Assembly (NCBI GenBank): GCA_951406725.2 | Contig: OX597820.1 | Location: forward strand, 39,308,001-39,372,000 | Length of the DNA: 64,000 nt | Direction: 5' to 3' | Origin: Octopus vulgaris | Lineage: Eukaryota | Shown here: positions 13,420 to 26,435 of the stretch, piece after piece | Position numbering within the stretch: the stretch's first letter is position 1 | Layout of the letters: every line of letters starts with the position of its first letter | Program-made: the position numbers and the translations under genes | Notes under the pieces: model-generated | Database searches by the model: none | What the model was told of the DNA's origin: nothing | What the model saw: only the letters and a program-made list of their open reading frames with translations

Positions 13420-14141
13420 TTTATACCTCGTTCAGAGATTTATTATTACAGATTTTGAATTGTTTTCATAGATACAGAGGCAAAAATGTCAGAAAGACAG
13501 AAGGAAAGAAGGAAATATTTAAAGAAAGTAAAAGATATACACAAGAAAAAAAATGGCTCAAATCTCTTTATTTAGACCTTTCAGTCGTTATCATCTCTTC
13601 AATTTTTCAAACACAGTGTATCTAGAGGTATGTTATCTGAAGTTACCTTTTTGACTAGGTTTTTTTCTTTTTTCTTTTTTTTAAGATAATATCGTATAAT
13701 TTGGAGATAGTTTAGCTGTTAATCCCTTCAAGTCATGTGACCACATAGAAGTTTTCTTTTTAACTCGTGGTTGGTGTTGGTACCGCTGTTGTTGTTATTT
13801 AGCTCCAGGTCAGCCTTAGTTGAACAGATCTGTAGTCGAAGACGCTCCCGTTTGCGTAGATTTTCCCCCCATACACTACATCCCGTCACTACTCCACCCC
13901 GCAACACAACACATAATTAATGCCTTTCTTTTCCGACAATGAATTGCCAGCAGGTTGTACAATCTTTTAGAGGCTTTTTTAGTTTGTTAGTTGACAAATT
14001 GTAGATAGACACAAGGAAATAGGCATGGAAAAGAAATTACGGAAACAAATAAACGACACACAGAGAGAAAGAAGGAAACAAACTAAGATAGCAGATAAAA
14101 TCAGAGAATATATTGGGCGTTTCTAGAAAATGGATGTAAGC

Positions 14142-14144
<3 letters not shown>

Positions 14145-14200
<56 letters not shown>

Positions 14201-14413
14201 TACACATGTATATATGTATGTATGTATGTATGTATTTGTATACAGCAGCCGACAGACAGCTATGCGTGATTTGTCGGTTAATATTTGAATCTGACGACAT
14301 AACGTGGTTTTCGTTGAGACATTTGCTTGGAAATGCATTTGTCGGAAACACACTTAATATTTTTAGTGTATACATTATGAACTGACATATGAATATTCGT
14401 ATCTGCGTGTGCA

Positions 14414-14486
<73 letters not shown>

Positions 14487-14592
14487 GTGCGTGTGTGTGC
14501 TGGTGTCTGCAGTTATAAACATACATATTCATGCGCTCCCTCGAAAACGCATACTTATAAAAATACACAAATACATACGTTCGTCTCTCTCC

Positions 14593-14638
<46 letters not shown>

Positions 14639-15197
14639 TATATATTTAAATATGCAAATATATGTGTGTTTTTATGTGTGTATGTGTGTGAATGAGCGTG
14701 TGAGGACAAGGAGAGAAACAGAGAAAGGATTCTAGTTCCATAGAAAGACATGTGTGTGTTTGTATGTATGTAAGTATGCATGTATTTATAAATGTATGTA
14801 TGTATGTATATAATTATGTATGTATGTATGTATGTATGTATGTATGTATGTATGTATGTATGTATGTATGTATGTATGTATGTATGTATGTGTGTATGTA
14901 CGTATGTGCCTATGTATGTATGTATGTATGTATGTATGTATGTATGTATGTATGTATGTATGCATGTATGTATGTATGTATGTATGTATGTATGTATATC
15001 TCCATACACTTATACTTGCATAAATTTCCATTATTTGGGTTAATGGAAATGATGGAGTTTGAATTATATTTCCTTTTCACATTCTATTACCGAGCGAATG
15101 GTAAATGTACATCTGCATGTGTGTGTGCATGTGTGTGTGTGAGTGAGTGTATGTGTGTATGTGTGTGTGTGTGTATGTCTGTGTGCGTGTGTGTGTA

Positions 15198-15233
<36 letters not shown>

Positions 15234-15270
15234 CGTATGTGTGTGTGTGTGTGTGTGTGTGCATGTGTGT
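14145..15270. repeat. Cluster of (TA)n, (TG)n, (CT)n and (TATG)n microsatellites
   Basis: Direct reading. Confidence 0.95.
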
Positions 15271-15881
15271 GCATACATGCATATGTATATTTGTCTTTTC
15301 TTAACGTTTATCCGTTTCTAACACAGGTCCGTTCGTTTTTGCACGAACGCGACCGAAACGTTGGACCAATTGATGATGTAGTGTTACCTGTGTGTTTCAA
15401 TAACAAGCCCAAACCCTCGTTTCCTGCTTTGACTCAGAACGTAAAAGAACCATATCTTTTTATTGCTGTCCAATATCATTACTACACAAGAAGTACAAAA
15501 ATGTAATGTTGACCTCAACAATATTTAGTCTCAGAGCGCAGAAAACCGCAACAGTTATTGCAAAGCTATCTATACGAAGATTTAATCACTCTGCCACTTC
15601 ATAGCCTTCATAAATATAAATATAAAGTAGGTGAATGTGTTTATATATGAACGTATGTGTCAGTGTGATCCTGTGTCACTGTGCACATGTGTGTGTGTAT
15701 TTGCACATATGAACGTATATATATACATATATATGTGTAAACACAAATATAAACAGGCAGCATACACACACACATATATATTATATATATTATATATATA
15801 TGCGTATAAATATATATATATATTATACATATATATGCATGTATGTATGTATGTATGTATGTATGTATGTATATATGTATG

Positions 15882-15922
<41 letters not shown>

Positions 15923-15986
15923 CGTGTGTGTGTGTATATATATGAATCGTATGGTAGGTCATATATATTGTAGTTATTAAATTATG

Positions 15987-16017
<31 letters not shown>

Positions 16018-17813
16018 ATCTCTATATGCATGCATGCATGCATACATATATATATATATATATACTTACATACATACATGCATACATACATACATACATA
16101 CATACATACATACATACATACATACATACATACATACATACATACATGCATACATACATACATACATCTATTCAAACCTATATATGTAATGTAGTGTGTC
16201 TTTGTGCAGCATAGCTAATTTTTCCTAACGTTTTTCTTTCTTTCTGAAAGGCAATTTTATATAAATTCAGACGAGACACATTTATTAACAAATAATAATT
16301 TCTTTATTGACACATCATATGTCTTTAATTTTAAATATTTAAGGAAAACACAGCTTGTATCTGTATATACGCTGAAAGGTTTTCTTCAGTTTGTAAATTG
16401 TGCGCTTTCGTGGTGTAGTTTACTAAGCTTTAACTTCTCTTTTATTTCATTTTATTCTATTTACAGACATTCGACACAAATGAGAGCCGCAGCTGTCCGT
16501 TTTCGATCGAGTGTCTGATAACGAATGAAATATTTTCGTACAACATATCTTCTATCTTCCTCGTGGCATTTTCTCTTATGCACTTGTCTGAGACATATAT
16601 CGCTAAGAATGACCATACTGACAAGCTAAAAATATGGTATCATGTGTGGTCACAAGTTTCTGCATTAAACAACAGTAGCTTTTGATAACAGACAGTTGAT
16701 GGTGCTGTTGTTAATTTTCACCGGGGTTAGCTTTGAATAAACAATCCTGTAATCAAAAGCGTTCCAGATAAGATCGCTCCATCTTCTTTCTTCATATATA
16801 TTTTATATCTAGGATTATGCTATGCGTCTCAAACGATAGTACGAGTTATTTTAGAGTGAATTGACAGCTATTTCTTGTAAATTGTGTAAACACTAGAAGC
16901 TCCTCGTTAATCACGTCTACAAATATGTTCTTATCTTCCTACGCTGATTTTAAATCTAATATCATGGAATCACTTTCGAATAGGATGACATCCACAATAC
17001 TAACTTGTCATACATAAAGTAATTGAAAGCAAATTTTAATGTCAAAGACGCAGCTGTTAGAGGGCCCAAATTACAAACCTCAATCACACATACAAACACA
17101 TAGATACCAAAAATCTACTGTTACTCTACCTAGATTACAGGTTCAGGTTTATGGCTGTAATTATTGGGACACTGAGATATGTAACACATTGCCTTAGTAC
17201 TAATCTTGAGAATAAGCTTCTCAAAACCAGAGAAGAGAAGGCTGGTTCGAAGGCTACAGATTAAAGCCATCACTGAAACTGTAAAAAATTGTAAACCTTT
17301 CCAAAAGGTTATCATTTAAGTATATATGCGCGTGTCTAGACATGCAACTATATACATGAGAACATATACATAAAACAAAACATGTAAATCTGCACCTGCA
17401 CTAACTCCAAATACTGCACATGTACACACATACATGCTAAAATACCCTTGGATCTAGGTTACAAACCGGCTCTTTCTCTATTGGCAAGAAATCTTGAAAT
17501 AAAACTGAATAATGACATACATACATACTTAGTGACATACATGCATATACGGAGGATATCAACTCGTAGATGAGTTTTGACTATCACTGACAAAATATCT
17601 TATCTTCAGATGTTTAAGACAATGACTGTCAGCAATGTTCGTGCTGAAACTTAAAGTTGACAACAACTTGCACAACGCACCTAAGATTTTGTTGTGTCTG
17701 AAGTGAGTCATATTGTCCTAATGATTTATCATCTAATAAAATTTGTTTCACCAAATTCGATGTTGTTGTTGAATACCTTAGGAATGAGAACCCAGGTTCG
17801 AAATTTCCCCCAA

Positions 17814-17859
17814 GACACCTGAAGAAGGCTGGAGGGTATATCAGCCAAAATGTTGTGTT
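17814..17859 (+). ncRNA. Degenerate hammerhead-like motif in a repeat remnant (~17770-17957)
   Basis: gacac-CTGAAGA-aggctgg...tcagcc-AAAA(expected GAAA)-tgtt-gtgtt; the changes are consistent with CpG decay. Confidence 0.5.
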
Positions 17860-18291
17860 AACAACAAACAAGATGAGGACAAATATCCGTCGAACGTAAA
17901 TAATGCAAATAATGTAAATAATGTACATAATTCCTCATCTCTTAAATATAGAACTGTATGTTGTCTTCTATGTGTGAAAAAGAGGGTGTCTTCTTTATCC
18001 GTGTGCACTCACAAATATCGATTTATTCTTTGTATTAGCATAAAATTTTAAACGTCTTTATACATATTGAATAAAGTTTGATGCCACCCTGCTATATCTT
18101 AGAATGGCTTGCAAACCTTTTGCGTAGAGCAAAGAAACGTTCATGTTTATTTCACTGTGGTTGCTATTTTATGATAGTTCAGCAATTTATACGTCAGCGA
18201 CTTCATCAACAAAATTTCCAGCTAATAGACGCGCTCATTCTCTCCCCCTCCCTCCCATATCTACCTCCTTCTGTCTCCCTCTCTTTCCTCT

Positions 18292-18327
<36 letters not shown>

Positions 18328-18429
18328 CTCCCTTCCCCATTTGTAACCTGACATGTCTGAAGGTACGAAGTATTTAGAATTTGCAATAACTAATATATTT
18401 GATTTATTATTTATGCTAATATATGTATG

Positions 18430-18489
<60 letters not shown>

Positions 18490-18690
18490 AGACAAATCTG
18501 AAACATTAAAATGAAAAATGACCCAAAATTGTGTAGAAACAAAGCGACATAATCATATTTTAAATCACTTTTGAATTTGGAATGAGATTTTTCTCTGTCT
18601 ATTAGTTTGCATATTTTGTCTGCAATATTTCAGCAAAATATTATCGTTTTAATAAAAGTAAATATTGCTGACATCATACGAATTTATAAA

Positions 18691-19169
18691 CTTTGAGAGA
18701 ACGTGAAATAGTTCTTTACTGGAAATGCAGATCTCGAAGCAGACACAGCTATTGCTAATAGTGTGTAAATATTGGATTAAAAAGTTGTTGACGTCATCAG
18801 AATTTATAAACTTTGAGAGGGAAAACGAACGGGTGATCGATCGCAGAAGGCACGAACTCGAGCAACGACGTTCCAGATATGACATCGGCCAGCAAGGCAG
18901 CAACAGACTATAAGCTTCCGTGACGTACCAGCAGGCGGAGGCTGTCGGGGAAATGCGGTGGAAGACGTGATGACGACGTCGTCAGGACGTAAGCGAAACG
19001 GAGGCGCTGTTCCCGAAGCGGTTACGGTAACAGACAAGTCTCACGGAAAGCCTTCGACTTTTTCTTTCCAAGGGGTTTTTTAATCTAATATCTACACGCT
19101 ATTATTAATAGTTTTGTCTGCTTCGAGATCCGCTTTTCCAATAAAGAATTATTTCACGTTCTCTCAAAG
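18691..19169. mobile_element. Inverted-repeat element with ~93-bp arms around a GC-rich core
   Basis: 18691-18783 (ctttgagagaacgtgaaata...) is the imperfect reverse complement of 19076-19169; related units at ~19370-19445 and ~55370-55490. Confidence 0.6.
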
Positions 19170-20069
19170 CATGACAGTGGGGTTCTACTATTGGGCCAAA
19201 GTAATCTTTCGTACTGCACTTTCCAGTTTAGAAACATTTTTCTTACACGCGAGAATTGTATATTTGTTGACGTCATAAGAATTAATAAAGGGAATTAGAT
19301 CTTTAACATATATGTGTTTGAAACCAAGGAGCAACCTTCGACATTTTCCTATCTAAATGTATGTTTTTTTTTTTACCCAATATTTACATGCTATCATTTA
19401 TAGCTTTGTCTGCTTCAAGATCCACCATTCAAAAACAAGAATTATTGATGGATATATTTATAAATTTATAACAGTATTTTCTGGCAGCCTAAAAAGTTTA
19501 GTCGTTGCTGGGATAGGTTGATTAAAAGTTCTTGCTTCAATCCGAGGGTTTTGACTTCTTGAGGGAGTCGTATTTTAATTTTGGAGATTATTGCTGATCA
19601 AAATATCTGTATGGCGTAAATTAGGGAGAGTGATAGAAGGCAATGTTATTTTGATAACAAATATTGCCGCATAACGTCGTAATAATATAACCAAGCTTGT
19701 TTGATAAGGCGAGTGGCTTCCGATGGACTATAGAACAAAGATTTAAAGCTGTCAAAGGCCGAATAAACTCGGTAGAATCAATGGCCATCCAAAAGCTAGG
19801 AGTGAGAAAACCTAGTCTTTATTAGATATCTTTATAGGAGAAGGAAATTCCGAAATAAAATCTACCTTATTGCGAAGTTGGAGATCTTGCTCCTGCTTGT
19901 TTTTAGACTAATTGGTTTTTATAAGCGACAGTCTTAGATGTGCTGAGCGAGTTGTTATTAACTTAAAATTTCAACACAAGCATTTCTTACAGCCATTGAT
20001 TTTAACATCTCGGATGATACAATTTTTCAGTGATAGTCATACGCAGTTACACTTGCTTGAGACATTTCT

Positions 20070-20545
20070 GGACCTCACGGAGCGCTCTCTGAGTGAGGAA
20101 GCAGAATCTATTTGCCATAGTGTCGTTTGGGTCAAGACATATATCCAGTCCTTCGCTGTCTTCTCGAATAACTCCACCTTACGGCATTAGCAGTTGTGGA
20201 TTCATCGGACAAGGGTGTTTGGTCTGCCAATATCTGTGCAGGAGATCAAAGGTTGGGATTTTTATGTTTCTACTCTTCCATATCCTGTCGTATAGATGTG
20301 AAACTTGAACACTGTCCGGGACCGTCAGGAGTCGCCTGAATAGCTTTGGTATCAGGACACTTCGCAAGATTATGGGTTACCATTGATTGGATTTCGCACC
20401 CACCCAACAACTCTATTCAGAAACTGGGATGGGTCCGCTTACTTGTATGATTAGGGACTACCACCTCACAGAGTTTGACCAATTTTCCGAGCGAGACCCT
20501 GCTCTCGAATGAGACCCTGCTTCCAACAGAGACCCTGATGATCCA
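20070..20545 (+). pseudogene. RTE-clade LINE ORF remnant (region C-terminal to RT)
   Basis: Disrupted frames read QYLCRRSKV..F....ILSYRCET*TL....SRLNSFGIRTLRKIMGYH, resembling the RTE LLYGCETW/LRRI motifs. Confidence 0.75.
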
Positions 20546-20596
20546 GTTTGCGGTGCAGTTTAACCAAATTCGGGTATCTTATAGTCGTGATTCATA

Positions 20597-20987
20597 TCAA
20601 GCCCGTCTGAGTATTAGCGCGCGTCTACGATGAGTCTACGATTTTAAAAATAATTTAACATAATTTTTTATTCCATTTTAATGCATAATTTTTCGTGTGT
20701 CGATGGCGGCGGAGTTGGCGTCCATGGTCACACCTGCACCTGTTTGCTTCTCCCCCTTCTTCCCTCCCTCGTGAAGCTGTGGGGAAGGGAGTGTAAGGAA
20801 ATCAACGTCGTAAAGCGTTGTCAAGGAGACCAGCGTTCTTTTAGAACAACGACTTCATGGCTTGAAGACACCAAAACAGAAATGGCTAAGAAAGCCCGAA
20901 TTGGCATCTATAAGGGAAGTAACTCTCTAAAAATGCTTATATAGTTATTTCCCTTACAAACCCGAGCAACGCCGGGCGATACTGCTA

Positions 20988-20988
<1 letters not shown>
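20597..20988 (+). mobile_element. Non-autonomous Helitron (5' limit approximate)
   Basis: 3' ~70 bp nearly identical to 9573-9640, with hairpin cccgagcaacgccggg and CTAG followed by (TA)n. Confidence 0.7.
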
Positions 20989-21020
<32 letters not shown>

Positions 21021-21200
21021 CACGGTCCCAGAAATTTTTCCAAGGTTGGACACATGGTCAGAAGAGAATACAATTCCAGGAAAAAATGGCGTAATAACAT
21101 TATTTAGAAGGGCGCACTTCTCTTTTTGACGGGGCACATATGCTCATCAGGGCCCCCCCCCCCCACGAATCCGCCTCGATATATACAGGTATATACATAT

Positions 21201-21235
<35 letters not shown>

Positions 21236-21504
21236 TTATATAATTTAATGTAATGTACACAGTGTAAAGATACGAACTACTAATAGTTTTTGGCTACTAC
21301 TAGTAAGCTTTACACTGTGTACATTGAATAATATTTAACTCTTGGTTGAGGGAATGTTTTTGTTTATTGATCTTGCCTTAACGGATCAGTAAACCATATA
21401 TATCTATATTTGTTTGTGTGTGTATGTGTGTGTATATATACACACACCAAATGTATTAAATATATACATATATACTTATGTCTATTTATGTATATATATA
21501 TACG

Positions 21505-21730
21505 TAACATATACACGTGTGTGTGTGTTTCGTTTATCCCCCAACACCGCTTGAAACCGATGTTGATTTACTTACGTCTCGGTAACTTTGGGAGTTGACA
21601 TAAGAGACCGGTAAAACAAGTAACGGGTTTGATATAAGTACTGGGTTTCGATTTCTTCGACGAAAACCATCATGTGTGGTGCTCCAGGATGGCCGCAGCC
21701 CGACGACCGAAACAAATAAAAGCCGTAAAA
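21505..21730 (+). mobile_element. SINE family A, 3' half
   Basis: ggtgctccaggatggccgcag and ttacgtctcggtaactt resemble 2200-2366. Confidence 0.65.
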
Positions 21731-22250
21731 GTTACGTACAGACGCACATCTTGGAATACGCTGTTCCACTGCTACATACACACAGATAATCCGAATTATC
21801 TACGATGCCATTGTTTGTTGTTTTCTATTCTTCAACCGAGGAAAGCTTTCCTTTACAATTTCGGTTAGTTTACTCCAAGTATTTTACCAATATATCATTA
21901 TTATTCCCACGCAAAATCCAAACAATATCCGGCTCACCATTTACGTCACAACATAGAGCTATCCTACACCGATTGTATTATAATCTTCAGGCAGTTTCAT
22001 TCTTCGGTATATGTGAGTAAATGATAACTAAATCAATAAATTATTTACGTCCTTCTATACTTTAGCTTTATATCCGACTATACTCTATATTTATATGTGA
22101 TTTTAATTTTTTTTAAATTTTACTTTTGATTTTGTACATACGTAAACTAGTGTTCATTTTATTGGTTGTGTTTTCAATGCAATAAACGCCCCTAGGTATT
22201 TTTTATCTTTGTTTTATCAAGCCAATCAGTTTTCTTTTACTAAAATCACA

Positions 22251-22323
<73 letters not shown>

Positions 22324-22388
22324 GTTTATTCTTTTACTTGTTTTAGTCTTTTGACTGAAGCCATGCTGCATCACTACCTATGTATATG

Positions 22389-22443
<55 letters not shown>

Positions 22444-22558
22444 TACTACCTATGTATATATGTGTATGTATACATGCCTACATATATACATACAGATACA
22501 TTCATATACACACATATACATATGCATATATATATATGTGTGTGTGTGTGTCTGTGTC

Positions 22559-22596
<38 letters not shown>

Positions 22597-22599
<3 letters not shown>

Positions 22600-23864
22600 G
22601 GCTTGGACAAAATAATGGAAACACCTTAAAATTTCAAACAAATTTATTCTAATATGGGATAGGACTGCCTTTGGCAGTAATTACAGCTTGAATTCTACAA
22701 TGTATAGACTCGTACAAAGTTTGAATTGTTTCCAAAGGAATGTTGTCCATTCTTCATCTAAAACTGTCTCCCGTTCTTGTAGTGATGATGGTGGAGGATA
22801 TCGACTCCTTACTTGTTTTTCTAGAATGCGCCATAAATGTTCAGTAATATTGAAATCTGGGAACTGTGGTGGCCAGATAAGATGTTCAACTTCACTAGAA
22901 TGTTCCTCGTGCCGTTCAGTAATAACTTTGTCTGTGGGAATTGGTGCATTATCATCCTGAAAGACTGCGTTCCCCTACGGATAAAATTCCGCAACCATAG
23001 AATGAATTTGATCAGATAAAATGCTTAAATAGTCTTGACTATTAATTCTGCCATGAAGGGAAACCATTGGACCAGCGGAGTTCCAAGATATAGCCCCGCA
23101 AATCATCACAGATCCTCCTCTATGTTTAACAGTTGGAAGAATGCAGTCTGGGTCAAATGCTTCTTTTGGCTGTCTCCACACGTATACTCGGCCGGTGATT
23201 GGAAATAAAGTAAAGGATGACTCGTCCGAGAAAATAACATTCTTCCACTGCTCTAGGGACAAATTCTGTAGGTTTTTACTCCACTCTTAATGCTTTGCAA
23301 TGTTTGATTTTGCAAGTAGTCGTTTTCTGATTGCAGCCCTCCCATGAAATCCGGCTTTGTGTAGCTCCCGGCGAACAATTTTTGTGGAAACTGGGTTCTC
23401 GAGGTAGTCATTAAGCTCTGTGGTAATTCTGGGAGCTGTGCTTTTGAGATCCTTTCTAACAATCCCCGTAAGAGTCCGACGGTCCCTATCTGAAAGTTTT
23501 GGTTTTCTTCCGGAGATTGTCTCGACGAAGAGTTTTTTCCCTTTTACTCAAAGGCTGTCACTACTTTCGAGACAGTACTTATTGATACACCAAACATTTC
23601 AGCTGTTTTCATTACACGAGTGCCAGTCATACAAGCACCAACTACTTGACTTTTTTGAAAGTCCGATAGATCTGTCATTTTAATGGATTTTAATTACCTT
23701 TTTCTGATGATATCCGAAAAGAAGCAGCTATTTTAGCAAAACATATTAAGCAACACTAATAATAAATCAAAAACCTTAAAAATAAACAATCTTTTGACGT
23801 TTGTAAAGATATTTCAAAATTATGGGGTTACGATGTTCGGTGTTTCCACTAATTTGTCCAACTC

Positions 23865-23867
<3 letters not shown>
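22597..23867 (-). mobile_element. Tc1-family DNA transposon, full length, transposase disrupted
   Basis: TIRs cagggcttggacaaaataatggaaacacc / ggtgtttccactaatttgtccaactcctg flanked by TA; minus-strand WKNVIFSDESSF and TVKHRGGSVMICG; ATG at ~23678; frameshifts and stops. Confidence 0.95.
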
Positions 23868-24710
<843 letters not shown>

Positions 24711-25053
24711 TATTTCATAAAATTGGCCATATAGACCTCACACAGAAGAAGCTTGTGGGCTGGACATAGACAAGATGAGATGAAATGAAACAAAATGATA
24801 CAGATGAGCAGGATGTCGGCGCCCACCGACCGACAAACGCTCGAATACAATGTTTCCTTCAAAATTATACATAGATATCAATTAAAACAATCCTCCTTGT
24901 CAGGGCCCCCAAGCAAAGTGACTTGCCGCCTGCAGACAACTCTGCATCGACAGGTCGGAGCGGAAAGCAATCTTCTTACCACACAGCTACGCCTGCGCCT
25001 TATCATTTTTAATTTAAGTATAATATATAATATACGATATAATATGATATCAT

Positions 25054-25108
<55 letters not shown>

Positions 25109-25110
<2 letters not shown>

Positions 25111-25740
25111 ATAAGGGATATTAGCCAACTAAATATGGCTAGGGACAGGGCAGGGTGGTGGGGGTGTCACTGTTGCATTTAGCCCCAGGCGAACATCAAC
25201 GTCACCAGATAGGCCGACGCCATCACGGCGTCCTCTATCTTGCAAAGGGAGATCATCCACCAAGAAGCGGATACCACACACAGACCTAGGTTTCAAGGTG
25301 TATTGCCTATTATCAACGTGTGGTAGGCATCGCTTCTCGATGAACGACCAACCGTGCAAGATATATATAAGGATTTTCAAGTAAATACATTTACTGATTT
25401 CGAAAATCTGTTCGACAGCAATAATAATTCTCTAAATGAGATATAGACAGTGACTGCTCCATAATATAAGGGATATTAGCCAACTGAATATGGCTAGGGA
25501 CAGGGCAGGTCCGTGTGTGGTATCCGCTTCTTGGTGGATGATCTCCCTTTGCAAGATAGAGGACGCCGTGATGGCGTCGGCCTATCTGGTGACGTTGATG
25601 TTCGCCTGGGGCTAAATGCAACAGTGACACCCCCACCACCCCACCACCCTGCCCTGTCCCTAGCCATATTCAGTTGGCTAATATCCCTTATATTATGGAG
25701 CAGTCACTGTCTATATCTCATTTAGAGAATTATTATTGCT
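25109..25740. mobile_element. Retrozyme-like element: ~1.1 units of a 355-nt monomer (minus) joined to an inverted partial copy (plus)
   Basis: atataagggatattagcc at 25109 and 25464; 25507-25740 is reverse complement of the unit; flanked by (TA)n. Confidence 0.75.
25272..25325 (-). ncRNA. Hammerhead ribozyme with mutated core
   Basis: Minus strand reads taccacacg-TTGATAA-tagg caataca cctt-GAAA-cctagg-TC^tgtgtgtggta. Confidence 0.6.
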
Positions 25741-26435
25741 ATATATATATGTATTTACATATACACATATATATATTTATATAATACATACATATTCATA
25801 TATCTATATCTATATATATATATATGTGTGTATAAGTGTCTGTACACACACTCACACATATACACACACATGATATATTCCAGTTGTTTTGAGATGTTTT
25901 TTAGACGAGGCAATTATAACTATACCAATTTATTTTAATTTTAGTATATCATTACTATACATCAAATAAACTATTCTGCTAACTTTTCTTCTTGAAGGAG
26001 AGGCTGTTAGAGCACTTTGAACACACCCTACTAAGCACTGATTACCTCAGCTGAATAGTTTGCAGAATGCAGTCGGGATGCTTGGAAACCTGCTATGAAA
26101 TAGTTACTTGTGTTAAACTGGATAAAAGAATGCTACAGAAACGCATGAAATGTTCTGGAGAGTTTATAAATTAACTTTTCCGTTGGTACAAGAACTTCAA
26201 TGGTGGCAGAGGGGAGGTAATAGACGATGAAAGTTGTGAGAGGGAGACGGATATCAGAACATCAGAGCTGTTTGAGAAAATTTGCAATTCTCTCGAAGAC
26301 AGCGTGTCGGTAAAGACAATAGTCATAAAGTATGGATTCACTTTGGTAACCACAATCTTACGATCATGATGCTGACACCCTAACCACTAAGCCACGCACC
26401 TCGACTATGTTACAACAAGTGCATTGAAAGTAGAG

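Noticed and set aside
15325-15367. ggtcc...gaaacgttggacc hairpin or exon after an AG
   Set aside because: No CUGANGA core and no recognisable peptide
16441-16685. Strong acceptor followed by a ~72-codon open frame
   Set aside because: No recognisable homology or partner exons; cannot be supported without transcripts
18955-19000. tgatga...cgaaac hammerhead candidate
   Set aside because: Core begins with G and stems I and III do not form
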